Of a stretch of 64,000 nt of DNA, positions 1 to 11,055 are shown piece after piece. The number at the start of each line of letters is the position of its first letter. Position 1 is the stretch's first letter. The DNA is taken from positions 3,553 through 67,552 of the forward strand of contig WGBD01000011.1 of assembly GCA_015494465.1 (NCBI GenBank), given 5' to 3'. The notes under the pieces were generated by a model that saw only the letters and a program-made list of their open reading frames with translations, ran no database searches and was not told the DNA's origin. The translations under genes and the position numbers were made by a program. This DNA comes from Candidatus Omnitrophota bacterium (GTDB lineage: Bacteria > Omnitrophota > Gorgyraeia > S143-82).

Positions 1-3000
1 GCCGACTCTATGGCCGGGCGGGCAAACTCTATCAGCTTGCGGTCAAGGACCCGATCTATCCCGTGATCCTGTGGTACCTGGCAGTAGACTCCCACCTCCG
101 GGGGAACCTCCGGCTTGTACAGTATCCTCGAAAAGTCAAGCCGTTTCGCCTTCCACGGCAGTATGGAACTGTCCACTTCCAGAAGGTCGGTCCTTCCCAC
201 CAGTTCGTCTATCGTCCTGACGCCCAACTGGGCCATCAACTCCCTTACCTCCTGGGCAACGAAGCGGAAGTAGTTCACCAGGTACTCCGGCCTCCCCCGG
301 AACCTCTTCTGAAGTATCTCGTCCTGCGTGGCCACGCCAACCGAGCAGTTGTTGAGGTGGCAGTGGCGGAGCATCACGCATCCCATCACTATCAGGGCTG
401 CGGTGCAGAAGCCGTACTCCTCTGCACCCAATATAGTAGCTATCACCACATCCCTTCCGGTGCGCATCTGACCGTCGGTCTGCAGTCTCACCCGGGAGCG
501 CAGGTCGTTCAAGACGAGTGTCTGATGGGTTTCGGAGAGGCCCAGCTCCCAAGGCAGACCTGCGTGCCTGATGGAACTTATCGGAGACGCACCGGTACCC
601 CCGTCACCACCGGATATGAGTATCATGTCCGCATGGCCCTTGGCCACACCTGCTGCGATGGTGCCGACACCTATCTCGGAGACGAGTTTCACGCTCACCC
701 GGGCGTCGGGATTGGTGTTCTTGAGGTCGAATATCAGCTGGGCCAGGTCCTCTATGGAGTATATGTCGTGATGGGGTGGTGGAGATATAAGGGTAACCCC
801 GGGGGTGGTATAACGGGTGCGGGCAATCACGACGCTTACCTTGTGTCCGGGCAACTGCCCACCCTCGCCGGGCTTTGCCCCTTGGGCGATCTTTATCTGC
901 ATCTCGTCGCTGTTGACGAGGTAATTGGTGGTTACCCCGAATCGACCCGAGGCCACCTGCTTCACCGCACTGCGGGCGGAATCCCCATTGGGGAGGGGAA
1001 CGAACCTCCTCGGATCCTCGCCTCCCTCACCGGTGTTGGACTTTCCCCCTATGCGGTTCATCGCGATCGCTATGCCCTCGTGCGCCCCCCGGCTGATGGA
1101 GCCAAAGCTCATCGCACCGGTGGCAAATCGCGTCATTATGCTCTCGATAGGCTCCACCTGATCTATAGGGATGGGCTTGGTCTTCTTAAACCTCAAAAGA
1201 CTGCGCAGGGTCGTCGGCTGGCGGGACTGATCGTTTATCATCTCTGCAAATTCCTTGTACTTCCCGTAGTCGTTCTTCCTGACCGCATCCTGCAGACTGG
1301 CGATGGTCATCGGATTCCAGAGGTGGAATTCGCCGTCTTTCTTCCACTGGTATATCCCGCCGGTTATCAGGTAGGGCAACTGCACTCCGTCGTCGGGAAA
1401 GCCCATCTTGTGCCTTCGGATGGTCTCCTCGCGAATAATCTCGAAGTCCACCCCGCCTATCCTGCTGACCGTGCCCGCAAAGCACCTGTCTATCACCTCA
1501 GGATGGACGCCCAAGGCCTCGAATATCTGGGCACCCCGATAGGACTGCAGGGTGGATATACCCATCTTGGAAAGTATCTTCAGTATCCCCTTGTCTATCG
1601 CCTTGCGGTAATTTTTTATTGCGGCCTCCAGACTGCCGACATCCAAGAGCCCTTCCCTCCACAGGTACTCCACTGCCTCGTAGGCAAGATAGGGATTTAT
1701 CGCGTCCGCACCGTATCCGAAAAGGACCGCAAAGTGATGGACCTCCCGGGGCTCTGCGCTCTCGACGACTATACCTATCTGCGTCCTCTTGGCCTTCCTG
1801 ACCAGGTGGTGGTGCACCGCACCCACCGCAAGGAGCATCGGCAGGGCTGCCTTGTCCTTGGATATTCCCCTGTCGGAGAGTATCACGAAGGAATAACCTT
1901 CCTCTATAGCCGATTCCGCCTCCTCACAGACCCTGTCCAACTGCCTAAGGAAGTCAGACTTGTCGTTTACATCGAACAGGACCGATATCGTCTTACAGCG
2001 GAAGCCCCTCTCGTCGATGTTGCGTATCTTCTCCAGCATCTCGTTGGTAAGTATGGGCTCCTTCAGATAAAGTTTATGGCAGTGCTGGGGAGTCTCTTCA
2101 AGGATGTTCTTCTGAGGGCCAATGAAACTGTCGAGGCTCATCACCACCTCTTCCCGGATCGGGTCGATCGCGGGATTGGTGACCTGAGCAAACAACTGCT
2201 TGAAGTACTCGTAGAGAAGTTTGGGCTGATTGGACAGGACCGCGTGAGGCGTATCGTTGCCCATAGAGCCTATCGGCTCCTTGCCGGTATCCGCCATAGG
2301 CTTGATGATAACCTTCAGGTCCTCGCGGGAGTATCCAAAGGCCCGCATGTCCCGCAACAGGTCATCGCTCGGGGATTGGGTCTTTTCGGGCTTCGGGAGT
2401 GAGTCTATGTCCACCAGCCACTCCTTCAACCACACCGAATAAGGCCTGCGGGAGGACATGGTCTCCTTTATCTCCTCGTCGTGGACTATCCGCCCCTCTT
2501 CGGTATCTATGTAGAACATCTTCCCCGGCTCCAGCCTGCCGGAGGTGAGTATCCGATCCGCGGGGATGTCCAGCACCCCCACCTCCGAGGCCATAACCAC
2601 GAAGTCGTCTTTGGTAACTATGTACCGCGCAGGCCTAAGGCCGTTTCTGTCCAAGACCGCCCCGACCCTCGTTCCGTCGGTAAAGGCAATCGCTGCCGGT
2701 CCGTCCCAAGGCTCCATAAGGCAGGCGTGGAACTTGTAAAAGTCGCGGAGTTTCTCGTCCATCAACTTGTTCTGCTCCCAGGCAGCGGGTATCAGCATAA
2801 GCATCGCCTCGGGCAGGGACCTGCCCGCAAGGACCAGCAACTCAAAGACATTGTCTATCGTGGCCGAATCACTCCCACCGGGCACTATAACCGGCTTTAT
2901 CTGCTCTATCGAATCGCCGAACAGCGGAGAGGAAAGCAGACCCTCTCGGGCCCTCATCCAGTTGATGTTCCCCCGGAGGGTGTTTATCTCCCCGTTGTGG

Positions 3001-3755
3001 GCCAGAAACCTGAACGGCTGGGCAAGGTCCCAGGTCGGGAAGGTGTTCGTGCTGTAGCGGGAGTGCACCAATACGATGGCACTTTTTATCTTGGGGTTCT
3101 TAAGGTCGACATAGAAGTTCTCCACCTGATGCGGCATCAACAACCCCTTAAAGGCAAATGTGCGTGAAGAGAGGTTGGTGATGTAGAAGAAACTCTTCTG
3201 GGTGATGTCGGAATCGCGGACTATGTTCTCTATCCGCTTGCGAATCACATAAAGCCTGCGCTCAAAGTCCAGTTGATCCTTTATCCCCTTTGATCTGCGG
3301 ATAAACACCTGCTCTATAACCGGCTCGGTCTCCTTTGCACCTTTACCTATATCCGAATCGTCGACCGGTACTTCCCTCCAGCCGAGGAGTTCCTGGCCTT
3401 CCTCTTTAACGACCCGGGAAAATACCCGCTTGCAAAATTCCCTTTCCTCCTTCTTCGTGGGCAGGAATACCATACCCGTACCGTAATGTCCCAACCCAGG
3501 CAAATCTATCCCCGCCTCCTCAGCAACCTCCAAGAAGAACTCGTGAGGGGTCTGGATCAGGATACCCGCCCCATCGCCGGTCTTGGGATCGGAACCGACC
3601 GCACCTCGATGGGCAAGCCTCTTAAGAACGGTGAGGGCAGACTGAATCAATTCGTTGGAGCGGTTTCCCTTCACATCGCAGAGGAAACCAACGCCACAGG
3701 CATCGTGCTCAAATCGGGGATCGTACAGTCCAACAGGCTTCAACGAATAACCCAT
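1..3755 (-). CDS. gltB: Glutamate synthase large subunit (GltB), partial: N-terminal about 1250 aa, C-terminus beyond the window
   Basis: Manual reverse-complement translation from ATG at 3755 gives [24 protein letters not shown] with the Ntn-amidotransferase catalytic Cys after a propeptide. An FMN/GATase-like body follows. A downstream GXGXG-type segment (GQLPGHKVS...[11 protein letters not shown]) is typical of GltB. The frame is open to position 1. It is absent from the ORF track because it is truncated. SD GGAGGAAGGAAAGG precedes the ATG. Confidence 0.9.
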   Translation of the reverse strand, partial: MGYSLKPVGLYDPRFEHDACGVGFLCDVKGNRSNELIQSALTVLKRLAHRGAVGSDPKTGDGAGILIQTPHEFFLEVAEEAGIDLPGLGHYGTGMVFLPTKKEEREFCKRVFSRVVKEEGQELLGWREVPVDDSDIGKGAKETEPVIEQVFIRRSKGIKDQLDFERRLYVIRKRIENIVRDSDITQKSFFYITNLSSRTFAFKGLLMPHQVENFYVDLKNPKIKSAIVLVHSRYSTNTFPTWDLAQPFRFLAHNGEINTLRGNINWMRAREGLLSSPLFGDSIEQIKPVIVPGGSDSATIDNVFELLVLAGRSLPEAMLMLIPAAWEQNKLMDEKLRDFYKFHACLMEPWDGPAAIAFTDGTRVGAVLDRNGLRPARYIVTKDDFVVMASEVGVLDIPADRILTSGRLEPGKMFYIDTEEGRIVHDEEIKETMSSRRPYSVWLKEWLVDIDSLPKPEKTQSPSDDLLRDMRAFGYSREDLKVIIKPMADTGKEPIGSMGNDTPHAVLSNQPKLLYEYFKQLFAQVTNPAIDPIREEVVMSLDSFIGPQKNILEETPQHCHKLYLKEPILTNEMLEKIRNIDERGFRCKTISVLFDVNDKSDFLRQLDRVCEEAESAIEEGYSFVILSDRGISKDKAALPMLLAVGAVHHHLVRKAKRTQIGIVVESAEPREVHHFAVLFGYGADAINPYLAYEAVEYLWREGLLDVGSLEAAIKNYRKAIDKGILKILSKMGISTLQSYRGAQIFEALGVHPEVIDRCFAGTVSRIGGVDFEIIREETIRRHKMGFPDDGVQLPYLITGGIYQWKKDGEFHLWNPMTIASLQDAVRKNDYGKYKEFAEMINDQSRQPTTLRSLLRFKKTKPIPIDQVEPIESIMTRFATGAMSFGSISRGAHEGIAIAMNRIGGKSNTGEGGEDPRRFVPLPNGDSARSAVKQVASGRFGVTTNYLVNSDEMQIKIAQGAKPGEGGQLPGHKVSVVIARTRYTTPGVTLISPPPHHDIYSIEDLAQLIFDLKNTNPDARVSVKLVSEIGVGTIAAGVAKGHADMILISGGDGGTGASPISSIRHAGLPWELGLSETHQTLVLNDLRSRVRLQTDGQMRTGRDVVIATILGAEEYGFCTAALIVMGCVMLRHCHLNNCSVGVATQDEILQKRFRGRPEYLVNYFRFVAQEVRELMAQLGVRTIDELVGRTDLLEVDSSILPWKAKRLDFSRILYKPEVPPEVGVYCQVPQDHGIDRVLDRKLIEFARPAIES

Positions 3756-3796
3756 ATGCCTTTCCTTCCTCCAATAAAAGCCCAAAAACTTGGAAT

Positions 3797-3824
3797 ATTT
3801 TACGGATTCACTCCAAAATTGCAA
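3797..3824 (-). promoter_or_regulatory. Putative sigma70-type promoter of gltB (-35 TTGCAA, 16 nt spacer, -10 TAAAAT)
   Basis: Minus-strand reading is TTGCAATTTTGGAGTGAATCCGTAAAAT, located about 45 nt upstream of the gltB ATG and downstream of the terminator that follows the PEP-CTERM gene. Confidence 0.45.
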
Positions 3825-3864
3825 GGAAAATCTGGCCCTCCCGAGATGGAACCCAGCACCGTCG

Positions 3865-3892
3865 ACAAAAAAGCCCATCCTCTCGGATGGGC
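3865..3892 (-). terminator. Rho-independent terminator after the PEP-CTERM gene
   Basis: Minus strand reads GCCCATCC-GAGA-GGATGGGC, a perfect 8 bp stem, followed by TTTTTTG. It lies 30 nt after the stop codon of the 3923..4708 gene. Confidence 0.8.
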
Positions 3893-3922
3893 CTGCTTAG
3901 TCAGCGGAGGCACCTCACCAAT

Positions 3923-4708
3923 TCACCTGCGCCTTCTCAACAGGGCAATCCCGGCAAGGCCGAGGAGGTACAAACCAGAGGTGGCGGGTTCAGGGACGGT
4001 GGAAAGCGGTATCGGGGATCCGGTACCGCCCTTGCCCCAGTAATAGGTCCCCGTACCCGGATCCTTGGCAACGATTACCGCCGGGGATCCACCAGGACCC
4101 GCATTGTAAGCGAACATAAACGCATTTAAATGTTCGCCAGGGATAAGTCCTCCAACGCCACCATCGATACCGAAGCCAATAGCTGCCCAATAGTCAGGGA
4201 AAAGGGTCTCAAAGGTTTCACCCGCAAATATACCTGCCCAATCTGTGTCGGAGATAACATCATCGAAGTTCTCGGAGGTCAGCATAGTAGCACCCCACCC
4301 CTCTGGGGTTCCAGCAATCGGATCGCCATCGTCTCCGTAATATGCGCTTTCGTAGGCATCAGCACTTATCCCGACCCCAAAAGCAACGATGTTAAAAGGA
4401 GAGACATTTGTCACGCTGTAAGAAAGCACATGCACGATGGTCCCATCCTGTATGTCATCAGAAGCCACAAAAGGATCAAGGGCAGTTTCCAAGTAATGTC
4501 CCACCTCACTACACCCCGTTCCGGGATAGCAGAACAGATCCTCTCCATCCGGATGAACGAGCCAACCAATGTCATCTTTGTACTGAGCAATGTACAGATT
4601 CTCATCTACCACCGCAAAAGGTGCCACGACAAACCCAGCGGAGGCTATCCCTGCAGCCAACCAGGCGACTACTGCAAGCGCACCTAATACCTTTGCCACC
4701 ACCTTCAT
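3923..4708 (-). CDS. PEP-CTERM sorting-domain secreted protein (Gly/Asp-rich, 261 aa)
   Basis: N-terminal signal peptide MKVVAKVLGALAVVAWLAAGIASA. The C-terminus VPEPATSGLYLLGLAGIALLRRRR has a PEP motif, then a hydrophobic helix, then an Arg cluster, which is the canonical exosortase target signature. SD GGAGGTG upstream. Own terminator downstream. Confidence 0.8.
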   Translation of the reverse strand: MKVVAKVLGALAVVAWLAAGIASAGFVVAPFAVVDENLYIAQYKDDIGWLVHPDGEDLFCYPGTGCSEVGHYLETALDPFVASDDIQDGTIVHVLSYSVTNVSPFNIVAFGVGISADAYESAYYGDDGDPIAGTPEGWGATMLTSENFDDVISDTDWAGIFAGETFETLFPDYWAAIGFGIDGGVGGLIPGEHLNAFMFAYNAGPGGSPAVIVAKDPGTGTYYWGKGGTGSPIPLSTVPEPATSGLYLLGLAGIALLRRRR

Positions 4709-4800
4709 ATGAACACCTCCGTTTTATAAGGGTCCGTTCCAGTCATCATCCCCCTAAGACCACACAACCCGAAGGCATTATTCTAACCCAAAACAAATCT

Positions 4801-5742
4801 TTAAAAAAGAACTTTCTTTATCCCGTCTTTATCCTCAACGAAATCAGGCAGTTGCGTGCTTACTTTCAACGGTTCTCCGGTGATGGGATGGGGCAGTTCC
4901 ACGCGAAAGGCGTGGAGGCACATCCGCGGAGAGGGATCGTGCTTCCTCCCGTACTTTTTGTCTCCCACGATGGGCAGGCCAAGATATGACAGGTGGACGC
5001 GTATCTGATGTGTCCTGCCGGTTATGGGGTGCACCAGCAAGAGGGTCTTGTCTGGGTAACGCGCCAAGACCCCGTATTCGGTTATCGCGGGACGACTGGA
5101 TGGGCCAGTACCCACGCGAAAGAGGTCACGGTGTCTCGGGTGCCTCTCTATGGGAAGGTCTATCACATCCTCTTCGTATTCGGGGGAACCCCAGACCAGG
5201 GCAAGGTAGTCCTTTCTCACCTGCCTCCGCTCAAACATCCGGGAAAGCCTTGAGTGGGTGCGCCTGTCCTTTGCCACGAGCAGGACCCCAGATGTCTCCT
5301 TGTCCAACCTGTGCACTATCCCGGGTCGGTCCTTATCCCCCACCTCCGCTATCTCCTCTCCCACATACCCCAAAAGGGCATTGGCAAGCGTACCCGCCTT
5401 TACCCCTGCCCCGGGATGCACGACCATCCCCGCAGGCTTGTTCACCGCCAATAGATACTCGTCCTCGTAGAGTATCTCGAGCGGCACGGATTCGGGCAGG
5501 AGTTGGTTATCCTCGGGTCGGAGGGCCTCTTCCTCCCACTGAAAGAGCATCCCTGCCTCCAGTCTCAACGACGGGCGGAAGGGACGAAACCGACGCTGTC
5601 GGGGATCAAACACCTGTATTTGTCCCTGCTTAATCAGGTCCTTTATCCGCTCCCGAGACAACTCCGGGAAGATACCTGCAAAGAACCTGTCCGCCCGCTG
5701 ACCGGCCTCCTCCGGACCTATCGCAACCTTCTTGAGCGCCAC
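4801..5742 (-). CDS. rluD: 23S rRNA pseudouridine synthase, RluD/RluA family
   Basis: S4-like N-terminal segment FFAGIFPELSRERIKDLIKQG, then the catalytic core HRLDKETSGVLLVAKD. The ORF track starts at GTG 5805 but that would overlap lgt by 88 nt. The in-frame GTG at 5742 fits an alignment to the RluD N-terminus better. Start is uncertain. Confidence 0.75.
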   Translation of the reverse strand: MALKKVAIGPEEAGQRADRFFAGIFPELSRERIKDLIKQGQIQVFDPRQRRFRPFRPSLRLEAGMLFQWEEEALRPEDNQLLPESVPLEILYEDEYLLAVNKPAGMVVHPGAGVKAGTLANALLGYVGEEIAEVGDKDRPGIVHRLDKETSGVLLVAKDRRTHSRLSRMFERRQVRKDYLALVWGSPEYEEDVIDLPIERHPRHRDLFRVGTGPSSRPAITEYGVLARYPDKTLLLVHPITGRTHQIRVHLSYLGLPIVGDKKYGRKHDPSPRMCLHAFRVELPHPITGEPLKVSTQLPDFVEDKDGIKKVLF

Positions 5743-6461
5743 AACAGGAGCCCCCCGAAGACGATTAATCCCAAAGACACCCACTGGGAAAACCGCAGGT
5801 GCCACCAGACCGGAACCGGATCACCCCTCAGGAACTCTATCCCGAAACGCATTACACCGTAGAGGAGGAGATACCATCCCAAGACGATCCCTCTTCCCAC
5901 CCCGTAGATCCTGCGGACAATCGTCAATACCAGGAACGACAAAAAAAGGCCAAAACTTGAGAGGAGCTGGGTGGGTATCACCTTCAATCCAAGGGCCTTG
6001 AGGTATATTCCGAACTTCAGGGACAAGCGCCCGTAACAGCATCCGTGGAAGAAACAACCAATTCTGCCGAAGGCGTGTCCGATGGCAACGCAGGGGGCAA
6101 GCAGGTCGAGGTACTTCAAAACCGAAGCCTTCTTCCACCTCAAGTAAAATACCGAAAACACCACGGATGCTATAAGCCCTCCGTACCACACCCGCCCGGC
6201 AGAGAATACATTAATAAGGGAGATGAGCCCCTTATACTCCTCGGGGTACTGCAAGAGGTAGAGATAATGGGCGCAGACCAGCCCTATTATCACCGAATAG
6301 ACTATTAGTCTGTCCACCAATTCGACATCCAACCTGAATCTGCGTGCGGATAGGACACCGCAGGCCCAACCGACCGCCAGACCAACCGCGGCGAAGAGTC
6401 CGTAGGTGTATATCGTGATGGTGTGTCCGCCTATTGAGAACCTTGCAAGAATGGGGTGCAC
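5718..6461 (-). CDS. lgt: Prolipoprotein diacylglyceryl transferase
   Basis: Polytopic membrane protein with the Lgt signature GHAFGRIGCFFHGCCYG. The N-terminus aligns to the Lgt FSIGP region. Confidence 0.9.
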   Translation of the reverse strand: MHPILARFSIGGHTITIYTYGLFAAVGLAVGWACGVLSARRFRLDVELVDRLIVYSVIIGLVCAHYLYLLQYPEEYKGLISLINVFSAGRVWYGGLIASVVFSVFYLRWKKASVLKYLDLLAPCVAIGHAFGRIGCFFHGCCYGRLSLKFGIYLKALGLKVIPTQLLSSFGLFLSFLVLTIVRRIYGVGRGIVLGWYLLLYGVMRFGIEFLRGDPVPVWWHLRFSQWVSLGLIVFGGLLLWRSRRLR

Positions 6462-7501
6462 TGGTCAAATACCTCCTCTACGCTCACCTCTTTGAGACAG
6501 GCGTAATCACGATGGCACTCAGGCATACGGAACCGACGATAACAGGGCTGACACTCCAAATCAGCGCTGACGAGCCTCACCTCCGCAGTAGAGTAGTGCG
6601 GGGCGTAGACCTCCCCGGGAACCGGGCCCAACACGATGACTACGGGCACGCCTAAAGCGGCGGCCATGTGCCCCGGTCCGCCCTCGTTGCAGACCACCAG
6701 AGACGACCTTGCCACCACCGAAAGGGACTCCCTCAGACTCAATCTGCCCCTCAAGTCAAAGCACCTCCGTCCCCGCAACAATGAGACCGGCAGGGAGAGG
6801 GCCTCCTTATCCTTTTCGTCTCCCAATACCATCACTATCAAGTCCCCTTCGAACCCCAGTAATCTCTCTATAAGAGCGAGGAACCTATCCCCCGGCCATT
6901 GCTTGCGAAAGCGCTGATTCCCCCAGCTCGCCCCTCCCCCGGGAAACACCGATACCACCCGCACATCCTCGTCGAATCCCAGATTGTAGACCAGATACTC
7001 CGCAAACCTCTTTTCCTCCTCGCTAAGGTATATCCTCGGAGGGAACTCGGCAGGATCCACCGGCGGATCGTCCGGGAAGAGGAGCGGATAAAGCCGGGCG
7101 TACTCCGCAGGGATGGGACGGGTGAACTCTTCCAGTCCTATCTTGCGGGTAAGGAAGGTCCCCCTTCCCGAGTAATCAAAGCCTACCCTCACCCTTATCC
7201 CTGCCAGCATAAGGAGGAAGCCGAGGTTTCGATTGAGGGTGAGGTCAAAGGCAACATCTGCCCGGGCCCGGCGGAGGGATAGGAAGAAACGGACCTGATC
7301 AAAGAACTTGCCCTTTAGTTTATCCCGGTCGTAGAGCAGGACCGAATCTATGTAAGGATTGTGCTCCAAGACTTGCGCAGAGCGGGAGTTAGTGACGAAG
7401 ACCACCTCATCGACGCGCTTTCGCTCCTTCAGGGCAGTTATGAGGGGAAGGGTGTTCAGGACATCCCCTATCCCGTAAGGGTTGAATACCAGCGCCTTCA
7501 A
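6431..7501 (-). CDS. Glycosyltransferase family 9 (LPS heptosyltransferase-like)
   Basis: 356 aa. N-terminal GIGDVLNTLPLITAL and C-terminal GGPGHMAAALGVPVVIVLGP are typical of the WaaC/WaaF/WaaQ-type GT9 fold. Confidence 0.75.
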   Translation of the reverse strand: MKALVFNPYGIGDVLNTLPLITALKERKRVDEVVFVTNSRSAQVLEHNPYIDSVLLYDRDKLKGKFFDQVRFFLSLRRARADVAFDLTLNRNLGFLLMLAGIRVRVGFDYSGRGTFLTRKIGLEEFTRPIPAEYARLYPLLFPDDPPVDPAEFPPRIYLSEEEKRFAEYLVYNLGFDEDVRVVSVFPGGGASWGNQRFRKQWPGDRFLALIERLLGFEGDLIVMVLGDEKDKEALSLPVSLLRGRRCFDLRGRLSLRESLSVVARSSLVVCNEGGPGHMAAALGVPVVIVLGPVPGEVYAPHYSTAEVRLVSADLECQPCYRRFRMPECHRDYACLKEVSVEEVFDQCTPFLQGSQ

Positions 7502-7516
7502 ATCGTCTTACTCGGC

Positions 7517-7918
7517 CTACTTCTTATTCTCTTTGCTGGACTCTTTCTTGCCTTCCAGATCCTCAAACTTTGCGGTTATCACCGCCTCCGCAATGCGCTT
7601 ACCGGAGTCGTCGTAGGTATAACTGACCTCGATGTCGTCCCCGGGGTTTATCTCCTTCAGAGACGGGGAACCGAGGTATTCGGTGTTCTCGTTGACATAG
7701 ACCACGACGGTGGCGTCACGATCGTTTTCGAAGTCGTAATAGGATACTTCTATGGAGTTGTTCTTGACATCCACCGACTTGACTATCCCCATGACCCATT
7801 CCAAGGCTACAGGTTCCTGCTGATTGCCCGAGGCCTTTGTCCCCTCTTCCGCACACGAAACGAGTCCCCAAGACAGAGTCAAGACCAATACCAGAGCGAT
7901 TCCTGCTATACGCTTCAT
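7517..7918 (-). CDS. Hypothetical lipoprotein (133 aa)
   Basis: Signal peptide ending in the lipobox LVSC. Small acidic beta-rich body with a Lys/Glu-rich tail. No family recognised. Confidence 0.55.
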   Translation of the reverse strand: MKRIAGIALVLVLTLSWGLVSCAEEGTKASGNQQEPVALEWVMGIVKSVDVKNNSIEVSYYDFENDRDATVVVYVNENTEYLGSPSLKEINPGDDIEVSYTYDDSGKRIAEAVITAKFEDLEGKKESSKENKK

Positions 7919-7943
7919 AACTCACCTCCCCACCTGTGCGACT

Positions 7944-9398
7944 TCATTCCAGATACGCCAGATCCATCTCCTTCACCGCCCGGACCTCGTCTGGCCTGCT
8001 GATCCGGGTCCTGTGCGGGGCAGACTTGAGGGCCTCCGCCGGAGTATCTATTATATCCCGAATGGCCTCCACTAAATAGTCCAAAGTAAACTTGGTCTCG
8101 GTCTCGGTCGGCTCTATCATCAGGGCCTCTTTCACTATCAACGGGAAGTACACCGTCGGGGGATGCACCCCCCTGTCTATCAGGGCCTTGGCTATGTCGA
8201 GCGCGGTTATCCCCTTCTCCTTCTTGAGTTGAGCAGCAGAGGCCACGAACTCGTGCATACACCAGCCCGAATAAGGAACATCTATCAGGTCTTTTAGTCG
8301 CTGTCTCAGGTAATTGGCGTTCAGGACTGCAACCTGTGACGCATACCTTATCCCCTCAAGGCCCAAGAGTCTGAGATAGATGTAGGCCTTTACCACCACC
8401 AGAAAGTTCCCTAAAAATGGGGCAATCTTGCCGATGCTGTTTGGGAGGTCCCAGTTGAGGTAGAACCCATCCGGTCCCCTCTCAACCAGAGGGACCGGCA
8501 GGAACTCCACCAGATCCTTCACCACGCCCACCGGCCCCGCTCCAGGCCCCCCCGAGCCGTGGGGAGTAGAAAAGCTCTTGTGCAGGTTCAGGTGGACTAT
8601 GTCAAAGCCGAGATCCGAAACCTTTACATTGCCCATCAAGGCGTTGAAGTTGGCCCCGTCGTAGTAGAGAAGCCCCCCTACTTCGTGCACCGCAGAGGCG
8701 ATGGCGTCTATCTCGGGATTGAACAAACCAAGGGTGTTAGGAGAGGTGAGCATAAGGCCCGCACAGTCCTCGGAGAGGTGCTCCTTCAGGGTCTTTAGTT
8801 CCAGATAACCCTTCTCGGTGGTGGGCAGATTGACGATCCGATATCCCCCAAGGGTGGCGCTGGCGGGGTTCGTGCCGTGGGCGGAATCCGGGACCAACAG
8901 ATAACTGCGCCTCTGGCCCCTTGCCTCGTGGTAGGCGCGAATAATCTTTACTCCACACAACTCCCCGTTGGCCCCGGCCATCGGCTGGAAGGTAAACCTC
9001 TCCATCCCGGTGAGGTCGCACAAAATCCTCTCCAGTTCCCAGAGTATCTGCAAGGCCCCCTGACAAAAGCGAGCCTGTCCTTCGCTGATCAGGTGGGGAT
9101 GCAGGTCGGTGAGGCGGACATCCCGCACGAGTGCCTCGTTCAACTTGGGATTGTACTTCATAGTGCAGGAACCGAGGGGATAGAAGTTCCCGTCAACGGA
9201 GAAGTTCTCCTGCGACAGGCCCGTGAAGTGGCGGACCACCGTTAACTCGTCGTGATCGGGGATAGGAAGGTCCTTTCTCAGCAGAGCGGGAGGGATCTCC
9301 ACAGAGTCTTCCCCTACATCCGGGAGATAATCCCTTGGCCTGCTCTCGGGGATGCAGAATATCAACTCCGTATGTGGCTTCTCAACGAGTCCTGCCAT
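7944..9398 (-). CDS. gcvPB: Glycine dehydrogenase (decarboxylating) subunit 2
   Basis: 484 aa with a PLP-lysine region HLNLHKSFSTPHGSGGPGAGPVGV. Lies in the gcvT-gcvH-gcvPA-gcvPB order. Confidence 0.9.
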   Translation of the reverse strand: MAGLVEKPHTELIFCIPESRPRDYLPDVGEDSVEIPPALLRKDLPIPDHDELTVVRHFTGLSQENFSVDGNFYPLGSCTMKYNPKLNEALVRDVRLTDLHPHLISEGQARFCQGALQILWELERILCDLTGMERFTFQPMAGANGELCGVKIIRAYHEARGQRRSYLLVPDSAHGTNPASATLGGYRIVNLPTTEKGYLELKTLKEHLSEDCAGLMLTSPNTLGLFNPEIDAIASAVHEVGGLLYYDGANFNALMGNVKVSDLGFDIVHLNLHKSFSTPHGSGGPGAGPVGVVKDLVEFLPVPLVERGPDGFYLNWDLPNSIGKIAPFLGNFLVVVKAYIYLRLLGLEGIRYASQVAVLNANYLRQRLKDLIDVPYSGWCMHEFVASAAQLKKEKGITALDIAKALIDRGVHPPTVYFPLIVKEALMIEPTETETKFTLDYLVEAIRDIIDTPAEALKSAPHRTRISRPDEVRAVKEMDLAYLE

Positions 9399-10678
9399 CT
9401 CTTTATTAGGTCCTCTTCAACCGTCTCGGTTAGTGCCACCAGAAGATAATCCTTCCACTCCGGATTAAACCGCTCTAACCTCAGCCCGGGGATAAAGCCC
9501 CTTTCCAGGGCCCTGGAATAGAAACCGTCCAGATCAGGAATGCGCACCGCGAATTCGTTGAAGTAATCCCCAGTGACGACCTCCAATCCCAGAGCCTCGA
9601 CGAAGGAGCGCAGTGCCTTTGCCTTCAGGTGGCAGACGCGGGCCACCTTCCTCAACCCGCTACCGCCCATCAGGGAGAGATAAACCAGCGACTTAATCGC
9701 GCACAGGGACTCGTTGGAACAGACATTGGAAGTCGCCTTCTCCCTGCGGATATGCTGTTCCCGGGCCTGCAGGGTGAGGACATAACAGTCCCTGCCGTTC
9801 CTGTCCTTGGTCCGCCCCACTATCCTGCCGGGCATCTTTCGAACGAACTCCCTTCGGGTGGCCATTATCCCCAGATAGGGTCCACCGAAGTTGAGCCCCA
9901 ATCCCAAGGACTGTCCCTCTCCAACCGCTATGTCCACGCCCATCTCCCCGGGAGGCCGGAGTATCCCCAAGGAAATGGGATAGAAGATCTGTACCAGCAG
10001 TCCCCCAACTTCGTGCACCCCATCGGCAAATTCGGACAGGTCAAAGACATTTCCCAAGAAGTCGGGCATCTGCAATACCACCGCGGAGACCCTGCCATCT
10101 AAGGACTCCAAGATCTGCTCTCTGGGCATCAGGAGGAGTTCCACATCCAATCCGCTTAGATAGCTATTTAACATCCGCAGGTATATCGGATTGAGGAGTT
10201 CATCCACTACCACCGCCTTGCGGTTGGTTATCCTCAAGGACATCATTATCGCCTCAAAGACCGCCGATCCCCCGTCGTATACCGAGGCGTTGGCCACTTC
10301 CATAGCGGTGAGCCGGGCCATCATAGACTGATACTCGTAAAGTGCCTGCAAGGTGCCCTGGCTGGCCTCGGGCTGGTAGGGGGTGTAGGCGGCGTAGAAT
10401 TCTGCCCTGCCTGCCAGTTCGTTCAGTGCCTTGGGCACGAAGTGCCGGTAAAAGCCCCCGCCCACCAGACCGGGCAGGACCTTATTCCCTGAGAGGATGC
10501 GAGAGAACTCCCTCTCCATCTCCAATTCCGAGAGGGAATCGAACCCGGAGAAGGTCCCCGCAAACCTGTGGTCCACCACCTTCCAGTAAAGGCCTTCCAG
10601 ACTCTCCACCGACAGGGCCGAGAGCATTGCCCTGAGGTTTTCTTCGGTATGGGGAACGAAGTTATAGGCCTGCGACAT
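9362..10678 (-). CDS. gcvPA: Glycine dehydrogenase (decarboxylating) subunit 1
   Basis: 438 aa; [22 protein letters not shown] is a typical GcvPA N-terminus. Overlaps gcvPB by 37 nt and gcvH by 17 nt. Confidence 0.9.
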   Translation of the reverse strand: MSQAYNFVPHTEENLRAMLSALSVESLEGLYWKVVDHRFAGTFSGFDSLSELEMEREFSRILSGNKVLPGLVGGGFYRHFVPKALNELAGRAEFYAAYTPYQPEASQGTLQALYEYQSMMARLTAMEVANASVYDGGSAVFEAIMMSLRITNRKAVVVDELLNPIYLRMLNSYLSGLDVELLLMPREQILESLDGRVSAVVLQMPDFLGNVFDLSEFADGVHEVGGLLVQIFYPISLGILRPPGEMGVDIAVGEGQSLGLGLNFGGPYLGIMATRREFVRKMPGRIVGRTKDRNGRDCYVLTLQAREQHIRREKATSNVCSNESLCAIKSLVYLSLMGGSGLRKVARVCHLKAKALRSFVEALGLEVVTGDYFNEFAVRIPDLDGFYSRALERGFIPGLRLERFNPEWKDYLLVALTETVEEDLIKRWQDSLRSHIRS

Positions 10679-11045
10679 ACTCCTTATACGCCTCGGGGCT
10701 GAGGAGAGAGGAGAGTTCCTCCTGATTGCTCATCTTCACCTTAAAGAACCAGCCCTCGTCGTAAGGGCTCTTGTTTACCAGTTCCGGGGAATCAGATATC
10801 GCCTGATTAATCTCTATCACCTCACCGGATACCGGGCTGTACACATCGCTGGCGGACTTAACCGACTCCACCACCGCAGTCGCCTCCCCCGCGGACACCA
10901 CCCTACCCACCTCCGGCAGTTCGACGAACACCACATCCCCCAGACTCTCTTGAGCGTAATCGGTTATACCGACGGTGGCGATATCGCCTTCGACCTTCAC
11001 CCACTCGTGTTCCTTGCTGTACAAGAGTCCCTCTCTAACCTCCAT
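10662..11045 (-). CDS. gcvH: Glycine cleavage system H protein
   Basis: 127 aa with the lipoyl-lysine motif [18 protein letters not shown]. Confidence 0.92.
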   Translation of the reverse strand: MEVREGLLYSKEHEWVKVEGDIATVGITDYAQESLGDVVFVELPEVGRVVSAGEATAVVESVKSASDVYSPVSGEVIEINQAISDSPELVNKSPYDEGWFFKVKMSNQEELSSLLSPEAYKEYVAGL

Positions 11046-11055
11046 CTTGCACCTC

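Noticed and set aside
63-3167. Long plus-strand ORFs (63..2402, 779 aa; 2481..3167) and similar ones elsewhere (30455..31549, 35464..36525, 37540..38598, 48442..49434, 61700..62725)
   Set aside because: Their translations are low-complexity, Arg/Pro/Gly/His-rich and have no recognisable domains. They lie antisense to convincingly identified minus-strand genes (gltB, ldhA-like, lpxB, pyrG, rsmH, phosphohexomutase). These are shadow ORFs typical of GC-rich DNA.
3756-3922. Possible small RNA or riboswitch in the largest intergenic gap (167 nt) upstream of gltB
   Set aside because: The gap is fully accounted for by the terminator of the PEP-CTERM gene, a promoter-like element and a short SD-bearing leader. 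No additional conserved-looking structure or ORF was apparent.
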